This document shows, one piece after another, positions 24,712 to 26,997 of a stretch of DNA of 26,997 bases; positions within the stretch are counted from its first letter, which is position 1; each line of letters opens with the position of its first letter. The notes below the pieces were generated by a model. That model worked only from the letters and a program-made list of their open reading frames with translations, was not told the origin of the DNA and ran no database searches. The translations under genes and the position numbers were made by a program. This stretch comes from Hormiphora californensis (lineage: Eukaryota > Animalia > Ctenophora), in NCBI GenBank assembly GCA_020137815.1, contig WFME01000021.1, positions 1 to 26,997 of the forward strand, given 5' to 3'.

Positions 24712-25146
24712 ATGGATGATTTTCTGAAGAACGTAGCCGATTCAGTAAAACCGCTTTATCGAAAAAACTGGAAAACTATCAAGCAAAGTGTTAAGAAAGG
24801 GATTCTCAAGGATATGTATCATTTTCCAATCTCTCCTTATGATAGCATCCCAGGGAAGCTCGGTGGAGTACTGAAATATTACAAAAAACCTGTAAAAATC
24901 AATGCAGCTTTTGGATACATATTAAGGAACACTGAAACGGATGAATTGAAGTTTTACCATCCATCCAACAATACAATGGTATTTGAAACAGCTCAAGTCA
25001 TAACAAATCAAGACGATATAATGAAAGTAAAGAATGAAATCGAAAGAGATGATTTGATCGAAATAGCACGCGAATCAAGACATTCCTCGAAGTGGGTGGT
25101 TGAGACCATTGTTTGTATACGTTTTGATGTATACAGATATTCTTGA
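24712..25146 (+). CDS. 144-aa stand-alone paralog of the pPolB N-terminal (terminal-protein-like) domain
   Basis: Intact intronless ORF; colinear similarity to exon 3: IKQSVKKGILKDMY/IRTSVKIGRIMDVY; KINAAFGYILRNTETDELKFYHPSNN/KVKVSLGVILKHRRTGELAYYRPSQNN; RHSSKWVVETIVCIRFDVYR/RPSTEWSAVKVTNLSFYVFR. Confidence 0.85.
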   Translation: MDDFLKNVADSVKPLYRKNWKTIKQSVKKGILKDMYHFPISPYDSIPGKLGGVLKYYKKPVKINAAFGYILRNTETDELKFYHPSNNTMVFETAQVITNQDDIMKVKNEIERDDLIEIARESRHSSKWVVETIVCIRFDVYRYS

Positions 25147-25447
25147 AGTATTTATTTACAAAATCGGTGTTTTATTTGTTAAATATATTTATAACGCAGT
25201 CGGACAAAATTCTTTGGAAGTGACCTAGGTTTTTTGTTTGTTTATGTCCCAAAATACAGAAGTTTTAAACAGATTTTGAAAACAAATCGTATTGTAATAG
25301 TAAAATCAAAAATCATTGGTAATTTGTAATATATTTCTAAAATGTTGAATTATAGTAAAAATGTGTCCCGAAAAAAAGGGAAGGAATGTGTATTGTGTTG
25401 CAAGTGTTGTGAAATAGGGCAGATATTATATGTTGCAAGTGTTGCGA

Positions 25448-26315
25448 TCAATCAATCAATCAATCAATCAAAGCTACCACGGTGGGTAGTGGCACTGAGC
25501 CGCAATTAAACATATAATATTATGAAAACTGAACCACACGGACCAAACTGGGTGAGGGTTCAGAGTGGCGTAACGAGACCAATTGCACGAAGTCGGGTAA
25601 GGACTTTTGTGTGCGTTGACCCCGTTACCCCACCCTGGCCCCCACCATGTCCTTACAAGAAACGGTTTTCAAACAACAAGGATGTGAATATATAATGATA
25701 TGATATCTGGAGAATGAAGAATGTTAAAATCTCTAAACTCACTCTCTCAGCTCTGACCTCTCACACATCATTCTCAGTTTTTTCATTTTCAGTCTCCACA
25801 ATTAACCCTCGTCTAATAGACCGAACTTTCTCTGGCTCAACTTCTCTTCTCTCTCTCTCAACTTAGCAACTAATGTTCTCCTCTCTACTCTCTCTTCTAC
25901 AGTCCTATCAGAGGCAATGAACACTGCCCGGTAAATCTCTGACTCTTTTAGCCGTGCTACCTTACCCAGGAGATCCCTGACACTCTCTCTGCTCCTCAGA
26001 ACCACCTTCACTGGCCGATAACCTCCCTCCCTGCTCCTTCCAAGCCTCTCAACCTTCGAAAGGACTGGTGCTTCCTCAAGATACTGGAACAGCTCTTTTA
26101 CCTTGTCACTTTCACTACTCCTCTCATCCTCACACAAGCCATATACAATCATATTACTGCTGCGGTCGGTTGATGCACTGGCAAAAGCAGACCGTATTTT
26201 ACTAGGGGCAAGGGCAGATGTGCATGCCTCATTCACTGCAGCAGCGGCTGTTTCGAGTACTGTTGAGTAGCTCTGAATCTCATTTTTGACGACTGTCTGA
26301 ACAGCATTTACAGCT
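25448..26315 (-). mobile_element. 5'-truncated retroelement carrying only a LINE ORF1-like (RRM-type) region, 3' UTR and (TGAT)n tail
   Basis: ORF 25802-26332: RSSNMIVYGLCE..VERLGR..RPVKVVL..VFIASDRTVEERVERRTLV, typical of CR1/L2-type ORF1; (ATCA)n at 25447-25470; no ORF2 between them. Confidence 0.8.
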
Positions 26316-26976
26316 TCAACTCCATCTACCAAAAGTAAATCTCTTGTTCCGGCCAGAAAAAAAACGCAAACTGTAGCGGCCCCGGTAAAAAAAACCTGTA
26401 AATCCAGCTACGAAGATGCAGGTGTCTTCAGTAAAGGGTAAAACATCCGGAAAGAATCTTGTGGTTGTCACCAAAACCTGCCGCCCAAAAACCTGCAACT
26501 TCCAATAAGAAAGCTGTTGAGTGTTGATTCTTCAGGCAAGAAACCATCGAAAGAACTACTCTGTACTGACTACTGAATCTTAAATCTTGTGATGCACATT
26601 CTCGATTTGGTAATGTCCAATTTGAATAAACAGTGTACTGTATTTTTATTTAAAGGGACAACAGGGTTGTTTGTCTCAAAGGTGTGAACCTAGTTTTATG
26701 ATGGCTCAACAGGGAACAAGTAATGAGGGTCAGAAGGTAAGAAAATATGTAGAGTTTGAGCTGGCCCTTGTCAGCGCTATGACGTAATCTAGGGTTAGCA
26801 CTACACCACGAGAGTAATGCTGATGTTACTTGTACAAAATTAGGGATATGGAAAGTGATTAGGAGGTATTTTATCGTGTAGAGTCATTTCAATTTAAGGT
26901 TACTACACTGTGGCCCTTGTCAGCGCTATGACCTAATCTAGGGTTAGCACTACACCACGGGAGTAATATTGATGTT
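26312..26976 (-). repeat. Long inverted repeat, right copy (candidate TIR portion)
   Basis: Reverse complement of 13441-14102; similarity stops at AGCT 26312 (junction with the ORF1 element) and at 26976. Confidence 0.95.
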
Positions 26977-26997
26977 CACAATAAGGTATGAATGTTA

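Larger units (their letters stand above)
13171..26997. mobile_element. Polinton/Maverick-like self-synthesizing element or domesticated derivative; boundaries tentative, right end not resolved in window
   Basis: Contains pPolB gene, stand-alone paralog of its N-terminal domain, long inverted repeats 13441-14102 / 26312-26976, and AGTAGT at 13171 resembling the AG-starting short-repeat termini of Polintons. Confidence 0.6.

Overview
Eukaryotic, AT-rich, repeat-rich nuclear DNA that looks like an invertebrate animal genome. It has short GT-AG introns, MITEs, non-LTR retrotransposon fragments and microsatellites. (1) 54-7275 is a ~3.6 kb + 3.6 kb fold-back palindrome whose arms differ mostly by 1-2 nt indels, probably a long-read or amplification artefact. 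(2) 7.3-13.1 kb holds a hAT-type MITE with a perfect 8-bp TSD, a long (CT)n tract and possible host exons. (3) ~13.2 kb to the window end is a Polinton/Maverick-like unit. Its core is a protein-primed family-B DNA polymerase (pPolB) gene on the minus strand that the ORF track shows only as fragments. Splicing it by hand at canonical GT-AG sites gives 14 exons and one uninterrupted 4182-nt frame (1393 aa). The order is Zn fingers, terminal-protein-like domain, vOTU-like protease, 3'-5' exonuclease, then polymerase with a Vsr-like nuclease insert, and the exonuclease and polymerase catalytic motifs are intact. All transposon insertions in this gene fall in introns. A divergently transcribed 144-aa ORF is a stand-alone paralog of the pPolB N-terminal domain. 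The unit is flanked by ~660-bp near-identical inverted repeats, and no integrase, capsid, ATPase or adenain gene is recognisable between them.
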